From the IMG/VR virus record IMGVR_UViG_3300043811_000021, positions 70,146 through 134,145 of that record: 64,000 bases of DNA; one strand, given 5' to 3'. The DNA comes from a virus. The position numbers and the translations under genes are program-made. The stretch's first letter is position 1, and every line of letters starts with the position of its first letter. The notes under the pieces were generated by a model. It saw only the letters and a program-made list of their open reading frames with translations. It ran no database searches and had not been told where the DNA came from. Positions 19,501 through 28,494 of this stretch are shown piece by piece.

Positions 19501-20182
19501 CGTTCGGAAAACCTTCGGTCTCTCCGTAGTTAAATCCAGAGTTTGCACTATTGTAGTTCGTCCACGGGATCGCGGTTGCAAGTAGGCTACCAACTCCGCC
19601 AAAAGATATAGATGAATTAGATGTGGAGACTACTGGGGCTAACTGGGGTTCCTTCAGTCCCATTTTCCAGCACACCGCGCTAGGCGTTGGAGTCCCTGTA
19701 TAACCTTCGTTATACGAAACCTTCATCATCCCATTAGAAACAAAGTTAACCGGATTGCCACTGATTAAATATTGGGTTGCTAACGTAACATTTCCTTGAG
19801 GAGCAGAATCGGCAATATATCCCCAAACCTGGACAGAAGCATTTGGCCGAAAAGGTACTATAGATACTGGATTCCCACTCGTCCCAGTCGCAACGTTCTT
19901 TACTCCTATGGTCGAATTCCAAAGGGATATTACTGTGGATGAGCCATTTATTATAGAGAAACCGGAAGGAAGAGCAGACGGATTTGTCGAGTCGTTCAAT
20001 CTGCGAATCGTGTGGACCGATGCTCCTAGAGTGTAAAGTGCTCCCGTAAGCAGATTGCGAAACGTCACGCCTCCCTTGAAATATGCGCGGACGTTGACGC
20101 TAATCGAGCACATGCCTGCTCTCAGGCGATTTATCGGGTCTACAAGCGAGAAGCCTTTGAAGTCAAATGGTCCGAGAGCCAT
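16583..20182 (-). CDS. tail tubular/nozzle protein (P22 gp10 / T7 gp12 analogue) with inserted PA14-like domain
   Basis: 1199 aa beta-rich protein; propeller-like C-terminal half; YTFVLTNHDDCIW...GIYPIEIDYDY PA14-like motifs. Confidence 0.6.
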   Translation of the reverse strand: MALGPFDFKGFSLVDPINRLRAGMCSISVNVRAYFKGGVTFRNLLTGALYTLGASVHTIRRLNDSTNPSALPSGFSIINGSSTVISLWNSTIGVKNVATGTSGNPVSIVPFRPNASVQVWGYIADSAPQGNVTLATQYLISGNPVNFVSNGMMKVSYNEGYTGTPTPSAVCWKMGLKEPQLAPVVSTSNSSISFGGVGSLLATAIPWTNYNSANSGFNYGETEGFPNVIPPIDGTAPFVINCQNATFITITALANDGTVVVNGTTNPTLTAQSSTRVGAGSPGYPGQFIQIAGSGGTPTTASYVVGAFTDASGNVIPAGVAPLFVSNIVDVGLAFSSSANITVPFGAVAFQVGLNSVGNTFTQGSPPNSGLITFEGSVTTNALPSYVATLGTMNLYYWGDSPQSGPVSGYIWKNPDDPSGSGPTRSISNAVGTTTGNSFIFDATFSAGLPGLPGVGSPSLPMEWTVLTPESVASGSNAVFAAPITVPAPQNTNNTQFANFNFCLQGNLYFPSGGHYTFVLTNHDDCIWGIGGGVTLVSVSTSGSGEPGTSSISGFGQTITVVGGYPLLPRQNYNNGSGGNYAQTTVVVNVPAAGIYPIEIDYDYWYHSGRILLLDGSATAGGSATIIPPLPANVRQDVQYRYVYRSSATGAVSNPSPESTAEAVPVTANTVTSLWSPDPQVDVVDYYRLDSTTTNFTYVATGPNDDLGTVPGTNTPISDSLLDTELGDQLLQFDNFEPFPSIDLPQKGICSISGGVITWVSGGAIGGSSTGFNIRWLAGTTILIGSPTSLAYVFIARPTSGTSVTIPGVPNATNVAYEIPEPILAAQPLPYMWGPTDNINYAYAVGDPLRPGTLYWCQGSNLDSAPDTNAQDVTDPGEPLVNGAIAGGLGVLFSIKRGWLILPNFSNSTATAEGTTGSQWTLQESSITRGLYMPRCVCVSGGGLIFFRVSDGIHVSSYGSASQSITDDSLYPIFPHESSDSGTSVPQPVTREGITIYPPDDSQPQSQRFSIVNQFLYYDYIGLGDGNPHTLVFDMNNHAWIWDLYTPGATIHAANEGQSQQGVLVGCSDGTVRQLSSSGPETITGTVMSAAIGDKGYCHTGQMVVEYSSTSTVTLNMYPADEGNNSYGPPTITLPSTSGQLTKYFFRPGPNKYKLAWFQFSSSVPFVLNFQGCIAYQRAWGSVGDYVPVPIFGSTGGEG

Positions 20183-20216
20183 AATTCACCATTCCACTCC
20201 CCAACTCTCCCGGAAG

Positions 20217-20245
20217 TTGAGAAATATCTGTCTTTATTCTATAAT
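20217..20245 (+). promoter_or_regulatory. strong sigma70-like promoter of the HNH gene
   Basis: TTGAGA-N17-TATAAT. Confidence 0.65.
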
Positions 20246-20302
20246 GGAAGTGTCGAGGTTGCACCCCCGGCTATTTCTAACCACACAGGAGGAGAGTCCT
20301 GC

Positions 20303-21262
20303 ATGACACCCCCATCCCGTAAATCATATCACGAAGACTATCTCCCATCCGAAAAAGTCTGCTCAAAATGCGGAGACCGCAAGCCGTTAGATGATTTCGC
20401 TAGAGATGAGCGGATTCCAAGTGGCCGTTCATCTTGGTGCAAAAAATGCACTAGCCTATATCAGAAAGGATTAAGAGATAGAAAAGCAGAGGCACGTAAA
20501 ACTATGGTGCTACCAGAATCTAAAATATGTTCATACGAAAATTGTGCTCACAGTGGGTTGATGCAACCACTGTCTATTTTCCACAAGTGCAGCAGTAACG
20601 ATGACGGACACAATAATGTCTGCAAAACATGCATCAGCGTTAAGCAAAAATTATCCTCTGAAAGAACCAAAGATAAGAGAAAGGAAAATTCTCGAAAATG
20701 GTATCAAAAGAATAAGGAGGTTTCAAAAGCAAAGAGTAATCAGTGGCGCAATGATCATCCAGAGCAGGCCAAAAAAACAAAACAAATCTATTACGCTTCT
20801 CATAAAGAGGAAATCAAAGAAAGTAAGAGGGCAGCAATCAACAAGAAGCCTGAATATTATAACCACATGAAGAATGCTTATAGGCGCAAGCATTGGGAAC
20901 AAAAAATAGTTGGCGAGTGTAGAAGACGTGCAAAGAAAAAGGGTGTACCGTTTGACATGAAAGAATCTGATTTACATGATCCTCGTACTGGAAAATTACC
21001 AGAGTTTTGTCCAATATTCAAACAAATAAGAATTGACTACAATGCTGGGCCTGACAGGAGATGCTGGCCAAGTGTAGATCGTATCGTCCCAGAACTAGGA
21101 TACGTATCTGGAAACGTGTGGGTTATCTCCTTCGGAGCAAACACATGGAAATCAAATGGAAGTAACTCAGAAGAACGCGCTCGAATAATTGAGATCATGA
21201 AAGGTCGAAAGAAAAAGAAAGAGCCTAACACCCAGCAGCAATCTCTATTTGATGATCTGTGA
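20303..21262 (+). CDS. free-standing HNH/His-Me homing endonuclease
   Basis: two N-terminal CxxC..CxxC Zn modules, basic helical linker, C-terminal SVDRIVPELGYVSGNVWVISFGANTWKS; oriented opposite to the operon. Confidence 0.8.
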   Translation: MTPPSRKSYHEDYLPSEKVCSKCGDRKPLDDFARDERIPSGRSSWCKKCTSLYQKGLRDRKAEARKTMVLPESKICSYENCAHSGLMQPLSIFHKCSSNDDGHNNVCKTCISVKQKLSSERTKDKRKENSRKWYQKNKEVSKAKSNQWRNDHPEQAKKTKQIYYASHKEEIKESKRAAINKKPEYYNHMKNAYRRKHWEQKIVGECRRRAKKKGVPFDMKESDLHDPRTGKLPEFCPIFKQIRIDYNAGPDRRCWPSVDRIVPELGYVSGNVWVISFGANTWKSNGSNSEERARIIEIMKGRKKKKEPNTQQQSLFDDL

Positions 21263-21311
21263 GTGAAAGGCTCCCGGTTCCTTGCGAGGATGGTTCTAGT
21301 TTACAACAGAT

Positions 21312-21559
21312 TTACTCTTTAGGTGAATCCCCAGTCACAGCGCGAATCGCCGCAAAGAAATCATTTTTCCCAGTGTCTGCTTGCTTTTCTCTCTTCTTGA
21401 GAATGAACGTAGGAAACTCACATTCTACGAAGTATTGTGAGCATCCTACAGTTTCGCATCGAATGAAAGTTTCTTTATGGTTTTCCAGCCAAGTCATTCT
21501 TTTCCCGCAACCAGTACACACTGGAGTCATTCCAAGACGCGCCGTTATCTGCTTCTCAC
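21312..21559 (-). CDS. small Zn-ribbon hypothetical protein
   Basis: CTGC...CETVGC; MSEKQ start follows GAGAGGGA and overlaps the upstream stop; start position approximate. Confidence 0.45.
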
Positions 21560-21795
21560 TCATTTCCCTCTCCTGTAGTCTGTTTTCTGTATTTCTCTTG
21601 AGCGTCAGAAAGTAGAAGTTCAATAGTCATTATCTTGTCTTCTATCATAGATTTCATTTTAGGAAATGGCATCTCTTCTCTTGCCCATGCCATAATCATA
21701 TCCCATATTTGGCCGTTATTCTTAACCAACGCTGGCCATATGGCATGGCACACAGGATCGCGCTTTATCAACCCTCTCCCCAATTTCCTTGGCAT
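21556..21795 (-). CDS. hypothetical protein
   Basis: GGAGAGG RBS. Confidence 0.5.
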   Translation of the reverse strand: MPRKLGRGLIKRDPVCHAIWPALVKNNGQIWDMIMAWAREEMPFPKMKSMIEDKIMTIELLLSDAQEKYRKQTTGEGNE

Positions 21796-21832
21796 TACAA
21801 CCCTCTCCCTTAACTAACAATATTAGGCTGAG

Positions 21833-22138
21833 TTACCTTTTCCAGATATACGACTTCACAAGTCCGCTAGTTGGGCTGTCTGCGATGTAATAGCAAACGG
21901 ATGGCTTCGGACGATATGGTTCTCTGCTTGTTGGAGTCCCTCTCATCATCTCAGTTTGTTTTTCCTTCAGTGGTTGTGCCTCTGTAACAATATCAAGAAG
22001 AGATTTGTCAATCATTCCCGGAACTTGCACGAATTTGTATTGCGGTTCTGATTTACATATATCTGCCAACATTTTCGGTGCAACTACCGCTGCCGCAGCT
22101 CCGATGCCAAGAAACTTGAAAAATCCTCTACGATTCAT
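21833..22138 (-). CDS. Tat-signal-like protein
   Basis: MNRRGFFKFLGIGAAAAVVAPKMLA; AAGGAG RBS before this ATG. Confidence 0.65.
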   Translation of the reverse strand: MNRRGFFKFLGIGAAAAVVAPKMLADICKSEPQYKFVQVPGMIDKSLLDIVTEAQPLKEKQTEMMRGTPTSREPYRPKPSVCYYIADSPTSGLVKSYIWKR

Positions 22139-22304
22139 CCTCTCTCCTTTTGACGCTTGCACTAATCCTACGCTCCTGATCACATCCCGGACAACCTGCT
22201 CCGGGGACGCATAGATGATCTTCGCCAACCGGACCAAGCATGAGGCACCCCATCAATAATTCTTCCCCTGTTATGGGGTCGTATTCGATTGTCTCTGTCA
22301 TCAT

Positions 22305-22784
22305 TTATCCCTCTATGTCTCGTCCAAATACCTTCTTTAGTTCTTCTCTTGTGGCTTTCTTTTTTAGAACTCTTTCCTGACTATAAATAATTGAGTCCTG
22401 TCTCCGCAGCAGCCTTCCGATAGGAGTACAGTCGTGTATTTCCTTTATCCCTTTACTCTTCCTATCGCGCAGAACTTCTTCGAGTAGACTCTTCTCATTC
22501 ATAAATTCACGAATATAGAAGAGATAGTTTCTCGTTTCCTGTACTGCGTACTCCCAATCTAAAATTTCGTCGTTTTTTTGACTCAATTTTACAAAGGTAT
22601 GGCAAGAGCAATTATCTCCTGGACGGCCATATAAAACGCCAGCGTATTTTATCTCCCACTCTCCATTCTCAAAATCTTTATGCCTGATTCTTACCGCTCC
22701 ATCTTCATACCTAACATCATCCCACCAGTCTTGCAAAAACTCTTTACACTTTTCTATTCTTTGCAGTACATCAGTATCGCTCAT
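22305..22784 (-). CDS. hypothetical protein
   Basis: 159 aa ORF. Confidence 0.6.
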   Translation of the reverse strand: MSDTDVLQRIEKCKEFLQDWWDDVRYEDGAVRIRHKDFENGEWEIKYAGVLYGRPGDNCSCHTFVKLSQKNDEILDWEYAVQETRNYLFYIREFMNEKSLLEEVLRDRKSKGIKEIHDCTPIGRLLRRQDSIIYSQERVLKKKATREELKKVFGRDIEG

Positions 22785-22804
22785 CCCTTATCCCCCCCCT
22801 CTTA

Positions 22805-23011
22805 CTACTTTACTTCAAATCTAACAATCCCGTGATCACGAAGACGATCTATGACCCCATCTGGTATAGATATTGAAAGTCGTTTTAGAAGGTCTACTAC
22901 AGCGGGAATGTCTTTGTATGTACCACGCGTCCAGCTTCCATCTGGGCACTGTGGATGTATACCGCTTACAGACCACTTAGAACATCCAACATTATTTATT
23001 TCAACTATCAA
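22805..23011 (-). CDS. hypothetical protein
   Basis: coupled ORF. Confidence 0.45.
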   Translation of the reverse strand: MIVEINNVGCSKWSVSGIHPQCPDGSWTRGTYKDIPAVVDLLKRLSISIPDGVIDRLRDHGIVRFEVK

Positions 23012-24528
23012 CCCTTGTCTCCCTTCTTATTGAACCTATTCATCTCGCGTTCCTGAACTTGTCCTCTCTGAATAAGAATATCAGAAAACGCCCCCATAGA
23101 ACGAATCCTGGAGTTCTCCGCCGCACATGCCTGTATCGCTTCCTTCTCAAGTTCCAATGCCTGTTTCCACTCTCCACCGCCCATCTTAAAACAAGCCCTG
23201 CTCTGTGCGAGAAAAAGTACAGTATCCCAATCGCTCCTAGAAACCTGTAGATACGTGTTTGTGCTATCGAGAATAGGGGCGTTTCCTAAAACCGTACAAC
23301 CTGTTCCTGAATTTACAGGAGAAGCAATCCAATCCATCCCGCCCGCAACTATAACTGGACCGAAGCTCGTCGGATTTGAATCCCAATTTGGGTCAAATCT
23401 ATCTAAATCGACAATCGAGTCGATACTCACCGCCTGCCCGTTTACTTTTCCCAACTCAATCCACGGACTCTTCAACATCAACTGTAGTCCATCTTGGTAT
23501 CTACGCATTGCATATTCAGCGCGTTCTCTGTCAGTCGATTCCGCTTCCTGTCCAAGTAAATCAGCTAACGCCCCCCATTCCAAAACCCACGCGAAGTCAT
23601 TAGGAATCCCCAACAGCGTAGGAGTAGGCGGGCTAAACGGCGCTCCCGATTGTAAGACGACTGCCTCATAAGTACCCGGCTGATTCGGTGGAATGTCTAC
23701 ATCCCACGACAAAGGCGGTTCTGATGATAATGAAAACGTTTGTGGAGTACCAGAATTCAACTGGTAAAGCGGAGCCTCATAGAACTCCTGAGCTATGGTG
23801 TCATCTCGATATAACGTATTCGGCTGAGTGAACTGAATAGTCCCTGATACTCCTCCAGTTGTAGGAATAGAAATTGTGACTGTTCCCGATCCGATACCCG
23901 TCACCGTAGCCCAGTAACTAACATTTAGCGATAAAACCTGCTGTCCTATCGCTACCCCTTGAGTCGATGTCACTGTGATGGTATTCGATCCATTCAAAGC
24001 ATTACCCGTAGTCGTAGCTACTACAGGCATGTAACGCACACGCTCAACATCTATTATGTCTGGTATCGTGGACGAGTTAGGCAAGTATGTGCGAGTGGTG
24101 TTCGGCGTGAGTGGAATAGAAGTTAAAAGATTTTGATTCAGATTACCTACCTGAATCATCTCATCCCTGCGGCGTTGCAGTGCTTGACTCAGTACAGAAA
24201 TATTGAACTGATTGGTCCCTGTCCACGTCCCCCCAGACGCAGGTTCTAATAGCATGTATTCTAGTTCTGTGTAGCAGTAAGCATCTGTAAGAGTCCTCTG
24301 GCGAGGACTACCTGAGAGCGATCCTATACTGTTCCAAAGGCTAGTTGAATTAAACTGGAAGTCCTGCCTCCATACATTACAGAGGACATTATACTGCCTA
24401 AGTGATTGACTAATATATATTTGTAATTCAGCAGCAGACCAAAAGTTATTATTCGGATCGTTAAGTCTCTGCGCAAGTTGCTGCACAGCCGTCGTCACGG
24501 TGAGCCATGTGTAATTTCCTGCGGCCAT
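23008..24528 (-). CDS. head-tail adaptor / tail tubular A-like protein with inserted beta domain
   Basis: QLAQRLNDPNNNFWSAAELQIYISQ N-terminus typical of adaptor proteins; IPNDFAWVLEWGALADLL. Confidence 0.6.
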   Translation of the reverse strand: MAAGNYTWLTVTTAVQQLAQRLNDPNNNFWSAAELQIYISQSLRQYNVLCNVWRQDFQFNSTSLWNSIGSLSGSPRQRTLTDAYCYTELEYMLLEPASGGTWTGTNQFNISVLSQALQRRRDEMIQVGNLNQNLLTSIPLTPNTTRTYLPNSSTIPDIIDVERVRYMPVVATTTGNALNGSNTITVTSTQGVAIGQQVLSLNVSYWATVTGIGSGTVTISIPTTGGVSGTIQFTQPNTLYRDDTIAQEFYEAPLYQLNSGTPQTFSLSSEPPLSWDVDIPPNQPGTYEAVVLQSGAPFSPPTPTLLGIPNDFAWVLEWGALADLLGQEAESTDRERAEYAMRRYQDGLQLMLKSPWIELGKVNGQAVSIDSIVDLDRFDPNWDSNPTSFGPVIVAGGMDWIASPVNSGTGCTVLGNAPILDSTNTYLQVSRSDWDTVLFLAQSRACFKMGGGEWKQALELEKEAIQACAAENSRIRSMGAFSDILIQRGQVQEREMNRFNKKGDKG

Positions 24529-24540
24529 GCGCCTATTGTA

Positions 24541-24693
24541 CTACTTTTTGGCCGCAATCTTCTTGTGAGACTTTTTCTTTGTGTGGTGTTTCTTGCTCTT
24601 CTTCTTTCCTTTTCCTTTACCTGCGATCTTGTGCTTCTTCTTTGGTGATTTCTTTACGTCTTCTTGCTCAGATGAGTCCACTTCGTTGTACAT
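24541..24693 (-). CDS. 50-aa Lys/His-rich basic microprotein (not in ORF track)
   Basis: MYNEVDSSEQEDVKKSPKKKHKIAGKGKGKKKSKKHHTKKKSHKKIAAKK; GGAGG RBS. Confidence 0.7.
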   Translation of the reverse strand: MYNEVDSSEQEDVKKSPKKKHKIAGKGKGKKKSKKHHTKKKSHKKIAAKK

Positions 24694-24696
24694 TTG

Positions 24697-25284
24697 TTAT
24701 GCCTCCCTGTTGTGGTATTCGATTACAAGTTCTTGAAATATAGAGAACGTTTCTCTGGCAATTCTCTTTACCTCTTCATCGCTCGTGTCGATTCGTATCC
24801 ATTCTTTGGCAGTAATTGTTTGCCCCGGCTCAACAGAATCAGCCTGAACGGGAGACCACGCAGCAACATATTTAAGTTCGTTTGTATGCTTATTACGAAT
24901 TGCTTGTCTCACAAATGCAACGTAATTTATATCTGAAAGATCAGTGTGTGTGTGAAAATACATTGGACCCCATGTATTTTCACACGTTGATCCAATTCTC
25001 CCCATTACTTTACATGGATCACCATAATGCCATCCTTTTTTATCTGCACCGTCTTCTACTTCCTGCGGGAATTCTTTTTTAACTTCGTTAAAAATATCAC
25101 ATATACGAAGTTTTCCGTGTCTCATGCGAATTATTGCATAAATCTGTTCTGGTGTATATCCGTATTCCTCTAATTCTATCCGTTCATTCAGATTTTCTTT
25201 GGCGGAATCTGCCAAAATCTTCGGCGCTACCACCGCCGTTGCCGCTACCATTCCCGCTGTCTTCCCAAAATCTCGTCTGTTCAT
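24697..25284 (-). CDS. Tat-signal-like protein
   Basis: MNRRDFGKTAGMVAATAVVAPKILA. Confidence 0.65.
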   Translation of the reverse strand: MNRRDFGKTAGMVAATAVVAPKILADSAKENLNERIELEEYGYTPEQIYAIIRMRHGKLRICDIFNEVKKEFPQEVEDGADKKGWHYGDPCKVMGRIGSTCENTWGPMYFHTHTDLSDINYVAFVRQAIRNKHTNELKYVAAWSPVQADSVEPGQTITAKEWIRIDTSDEEVKRIARETFSIFQELVIEYHNREA

Positions 25285-25745
25285 TTTCCCTCCTTCTTTT
25301 CATCAAGTACAGATAAAATCTCATCTGCCCATTTACTGTAGGCAGGAGTATGTGTAACGCTCAAAGTTTGCCCGTATTGCTTATGGTAAGCAGGAATAAA
25401 AGTCCTTAACTTGTCAATCAATATTCCCCTTCGCGGGTCTTCAGTTTCTTTCTCTAAAAACATTCTACGCTGCCATTCAGATGCGATGTATTTAATATTT
25501 TCACATGTATCGTTCGGAGTGGGGTTTATATCCATCGAGTTATACAACTGCATAGCTTCACGTTTCGTCGGAACTATTGGGTTCTCAGTGAGATAGCGTA
25601 TAGCCTCAGTGGCCGCGATCTCTGCAATTACAAAATGTCCTCCTGGTGGCGGAGGTATAGAATCTTGCGTGGCTCTTGCTGATTGTACTGCGTAGAATAC
25701 GGCATCCAGCATTTGTTTCGGTAGTTTAATTGCTACATCTTTCAT
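25281..25745 (-). CDS. hypothetical protein, paralog of 53090..53722
   Basis: IKLPKQMLDA..EAIRYLTEN..RRMFL vs IKVPDGMLEA..AALRWQAEN..ERFL. Confidence 0.55.
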   Translation of the reverse strand: MKDVAIKLPKQMLDAVFYAVQSARATQDSIPPPPGGHFVIAEIAATEAIRYLTENPIVPTKREAMQLYNSMDINPTPNDTCENIKYIASEWQRRMFLEKETEDPRRGILIDKLRTFIPAYHKQYGQTLSVTHTPAYSKWADEILSVLDEKKEGK

Positions 25746-25792
25746 TATTTTCCCTCTCCTTATTTTCCTGCTACACGCTTTCGCGTGGTTTT

Positions 25793-26155
25793 TCATCGAA
25801 TACCTAAAGCTTTTTCTTCTTCATGCCTCTTACGGTTTTCTTCTATCCTTTTTTCGTCGAGCATGTCACCATGATCCTCGGAGTACATTTCTTGATCTTC
25901 TGCTAAATAGTCCGACCATTCTTCTCTCAAGAGAGAGGATATTGCCTTAATATTAAAATCAGAAATCGGTCCATCCAGCGGTATCCATTTAGTGTAAACT
26001 CCAACCTCATCCTCGATTATCATAACCAAAAGAGGGTCAGGGTGACTTAAGAAAGGGACTTCAACATCTCCGTCAAATTCTACAACTGCTGGACCATCTC
26101 CACCTTCGAGATATTTCACTTCTATCCATTTCGTTTCTTTTTTCTTTCGCGCCAT
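25793..26155 (-). CDS. hypothetical acidic protein
   Basis: GGAGG RBS. Confidence 0.6.
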   Translation of the reverse strand: MARKKKETKWIEVKYLEGGDGPAVVEFDGDVEVPFLSHPDPLLVMIIEDEVGVYTKWIPLDGPISDFNIKAISSLLREEWSDYLAEDQEMYSEDHGDMLDEKRIEENRKRHEEEKALGIR

Positions 26156-26322
26156 TACTTTCCTCCAATTCGTTTACGTGAAGTTTTCTTCTTACCATGC
26201 TTAACCTTGTGGCATTTGCCAGAAACGCAAACGCGCTTGGCGTGAGTCGGGATTCCGTGCAGGTGAACGTATGCTCTATATTTCCGGTACGATTCTGCAT
26301 CCTTAAAGTTTTCCGTAGGCAC
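26155..26322 (-). CDS. 55-aa basic His/Lys-rich microprotein (not in ORF track)
   Basis: GTG start after GGAGGTGG; MPTENFKDAESYRKYRAYVHLHGIPTHAKRVCVSGKCHKVKHGKKKTSRKRIGGK; TAATG coupling. Confidence 0.6.
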   Translation of the reverse strand: MPTENFKDAESYRKYRAYVHLHGIPTHAKRVCVSGKCHKVKHGKKKTSRKRIGGK

Positions 26323-26352
26323 TATCCACCTCCATTCACATCATAGCCTAAA

Positions 26353-27069
26353 TCAGTGCAAAACAGGACCAAATTTCACGATCCCCTGCGCTCCAATATT
26401 TAACCACGGCTCCGCTGCGTTCCACGTCCTTACAAAAGGATTCTTACTCGGATGCAGATACGACTTTGTGGCCTTTGTTTCCACTTGATTAGCCGTATCC
26501 AGCATTGATTCTCCCGTTCCGCTGATCTCGTCCAAATGAGCCATAAGATTGTCTACGTGAGGATCGCGTAACCTCATATTCAGAGCATCCGTAGCTATTT
26601 GCAAAGATGCTCCATTTTTCTGCAATTGGAACACTAGTGGTTTCAAATCAGGGATAGATGATGAAACTAGTTGAAGATCAGAGTTAGCCTGTTTAACCGT
26701 CTGTGTGGCTGTATTAGCCGTATCTGTAAGCGCGTCTGCTGTCTTGTTCAAGTGTGACGATACTGAGTCAATATTCTTTGTAGTTACAGATAAAAGTTTT
26801 CCTGTTTGCGCTATCTGCATTTGACTCGTTACAGCTATATCACCAATTTTTACTGTGGCCTTACTTACTTCTGCTAGAGTTCCACATGGCTTACCATTTC
26901 CACATGGCTGATTCACGGTCTGCAAAGCTGAATTCGCACTATTCCCTGCGGCAGTCCATGTATCAACCATAATAATTAAATGCTTACCAAAAGTCATACC
27001 TCCCCAGACCGCAAGGCCAAGGGAGGCAATGAGTGCTATTCCTAGCGAGTTTAGTATCCAGCGGTTCAT
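26353..27069 (-). CDS. membrane-anchored coiled-coil protein, spanin candidate
   Basis: N-terminal TM helix, long helical domain, last gene of the lysis cassette. Confidence 0.45.
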   Translation of the reverse strand: MNRWILNSLGIALIASLGLAVWGGMTFGKHLIIMVDTWTAAGNSANSALQTVNQPCGNGKPCGTLAEVSKATVKIGDIAVTSQMQIAQTGKLLSVTTKNIDSVSSHLNKTADALTDTANTATQTVKQANSDLQLVSSSIPDLKPLVFQLQKNGASLQIATDALNMRLRDPHVDNLMAHLDEISGTGESMLDTANQVETKATKSYLHPSKNPFVRTWNAAEPWLNIGAQGIVKFGPVLH

Positions 27070-27072
27070 TTG

Positions 27073-27510
27073 TTAAGCAGCGGGTGGAGTAGTCACTGGA
27101 ATCAATGCCGCGATAGCAGCCTCCAAAATCTGGACTTCCCCTACTACCTTGGTGATTGTGGCTACAGTGGTCGGGTTCTTTACCTCGATAGCCGTCAAAA
27201 GAGCACTGAGGTTGGTAGCGACTGAACCCAATATGCTAGTCACGCTTGGGATCGCTCCAAAATCAGTAATCAGTCCACTCGCTGCTGTCAAGTCAGACTG
27301 TACTGTGCCAATTACCTTAGCAACCTGCGCACCAGCAGCACTTCCAGCCTCAAGTGTAACCACTGTCTGTAGTGCAGGTCCAACGTAAGTCAGAACAGTA
27401 TCGGCAATCTTCTCAATCGTTGGCGCTGCACCCTCTAGCTTCTGTAATTCCTTCTCGGCCCATGCCGCGAAACTGTGCTCTGCATTTGCAATTGCGCTAA
27501 AAAAACTCAT
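27073..27510 (-). CDS. amphipathic helical lysis-cassette protein
   Basis: Ala/Val/Thr-rich helices; position in cassette. Confidence 0.5.
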   Translation of the reverse strand: MSFFSAIANAEHSFAAWAEKELQKLEGAAPTIEKIADTVLTYVGPALQTVVTLEAGSAAGAQVAKVIGTVQSDLTAASGLITDFGAIPSVTSILGSVATNLSALLTAIEVKNPTTVATITKVVGEVQILEAAIAALIPVTTPPAA

Positions 27511-27529
27511 TCTCTTCTCCCTTGCTTTG

Positions 27530-27757
27530 TTATGCGCCTGTAGGCGGTTGCTGGTCTGTTGGGGGTTGATGTGGCCTAGCAGAACGATTCACTGGCAGTA
27601 CCGTCTGCAACGTCTCGTAAATCCAAGTGTAAATCGTCTTCCAATTCCACGGCTCACCCGGCTTTGGCATACACTGGATTGCTGCCATAATCACTACTCC
27701 CGATCCAACTCCGTAAGCCGCTAAATGCGAAGTAACATGCTGCCAAACTTGCTCCAT
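27530..27757 (-). CDS. holin candidate
   Basis: 75 aa with hydrophobic segment(s), near the endolysin. Confidence 0.45.
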   Translation of the reverse strand: MEQVWQHVTSHLAAYGVGSGVVIMAAIQCMPKPGEPWNWKTIYTWIYETLQTVLPVNRSARPHQPPTDQQPPTGA

Positions 27758-27760
27758 AGG

Positions 27761-27898
27761 CTACTCTCCGTCATCTGGAGGGGTTATTGGTTCCTGTGTT
27801 GGAACATTCTCATTAGCAGGTTCTGGTCCTTGCGTTGGCTTATTAGGTGGTGCATCTGGCTGGGATGGTGGTCCTGATCCGTTTGGGTATCCTCCCAT
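27761..27898 (-). CDS. 45-aa Pro-rich acidic microprotein (not in ORF track)
   Basis: MGGYPNGSGPPSQPDAPPNKPTQGPEPANENVPTQEPITPPDDGE fills the gap between two genes. Confidence 0.45.
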   Translation of the reverse strand: MGGYPNGSGPPSQPDAPPNKPTQGPEPANENVPTQEPITPPDDGE

Positions 27899-27899
27899 A

Positions 27900-28433
27900 T
27901 TAATCACCAAGTCCTTTCACTGTAGCAGTGTAGTAATTTCCGTTTCTGGTTTGTACTAGTCCATCTCCCCTATTAGCATACTCCCTACTTGGGTCTATGA
28001 AAAGTGATTTATTATTTTTTTCTATATCGCTTTTGTGAATTTGTTCCCACTCTTGAATTATTTTGTACCCATCGTTCAATTTGTGCCATGTCTCAGAAAC
28101 TACAGATACTAATTTCCCAGTCCCATAAATCGCAAGTGGCAAAATAAACATTGCAATAATACCCGCTATAGCAATACGCATATTGCTCTTCGATCTTCTC
28201 TCTTCCACTTCACTCTTTTTTTTATCCGCTAAATCTTTCGCCGCTTTCTCGTCGGCATCGGCTTTCGCTTCAAAACGATCAAAGAAGCGGTTCCCACGCT
28301 CCTGAAAAGCGCGGAAATTCGCTACGCCTTTGACAAGGTGGCTATTCTCCGTTTTCAGAGAAGCCATATCCGCAGCTATTTCTGTCACTCTATCCTCCAA
28401 GTTCTGTATTCGCCGCTCTTCGGCATCAGTCAT
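27900..28433 (-). CDS. single-TM coiled-coil protein (holin/antiholin-like)
   Basis: N-terminal coiled coil (RIQNLEDRV) and TM IAIAGIIAMFILPLAIYG; next to the endolysin. Confidence 0.5.
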   Translation of the reverse strand: MTDAEERRIQNLEDRVTEIAADMASLKTENSHLVKGVANFRAFQERGNRFFDRFEAKADADEKAAKDLADKKKSEVEERRSKSNMRIAIAGIIAMFILPLAIYGTGKLVSVVSETWHKLNDGYKIIQEWEQIHKSDIEKNNKSLFIDPSREYANRGDGLVQTRNGNYYTATVKGLGD

Positions 28434-28494
28434 TACAAAGCCCCCAAAGTCAACATTATCCCATCACGCTTTCGCGCTTGCCTATTACTGGAAC

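Noticed and set aside
26073-26300. 75-aa ORF from the track
   Set aside because: A different frame (26155..26322) has a strong RBS and couples exactly to the next gene
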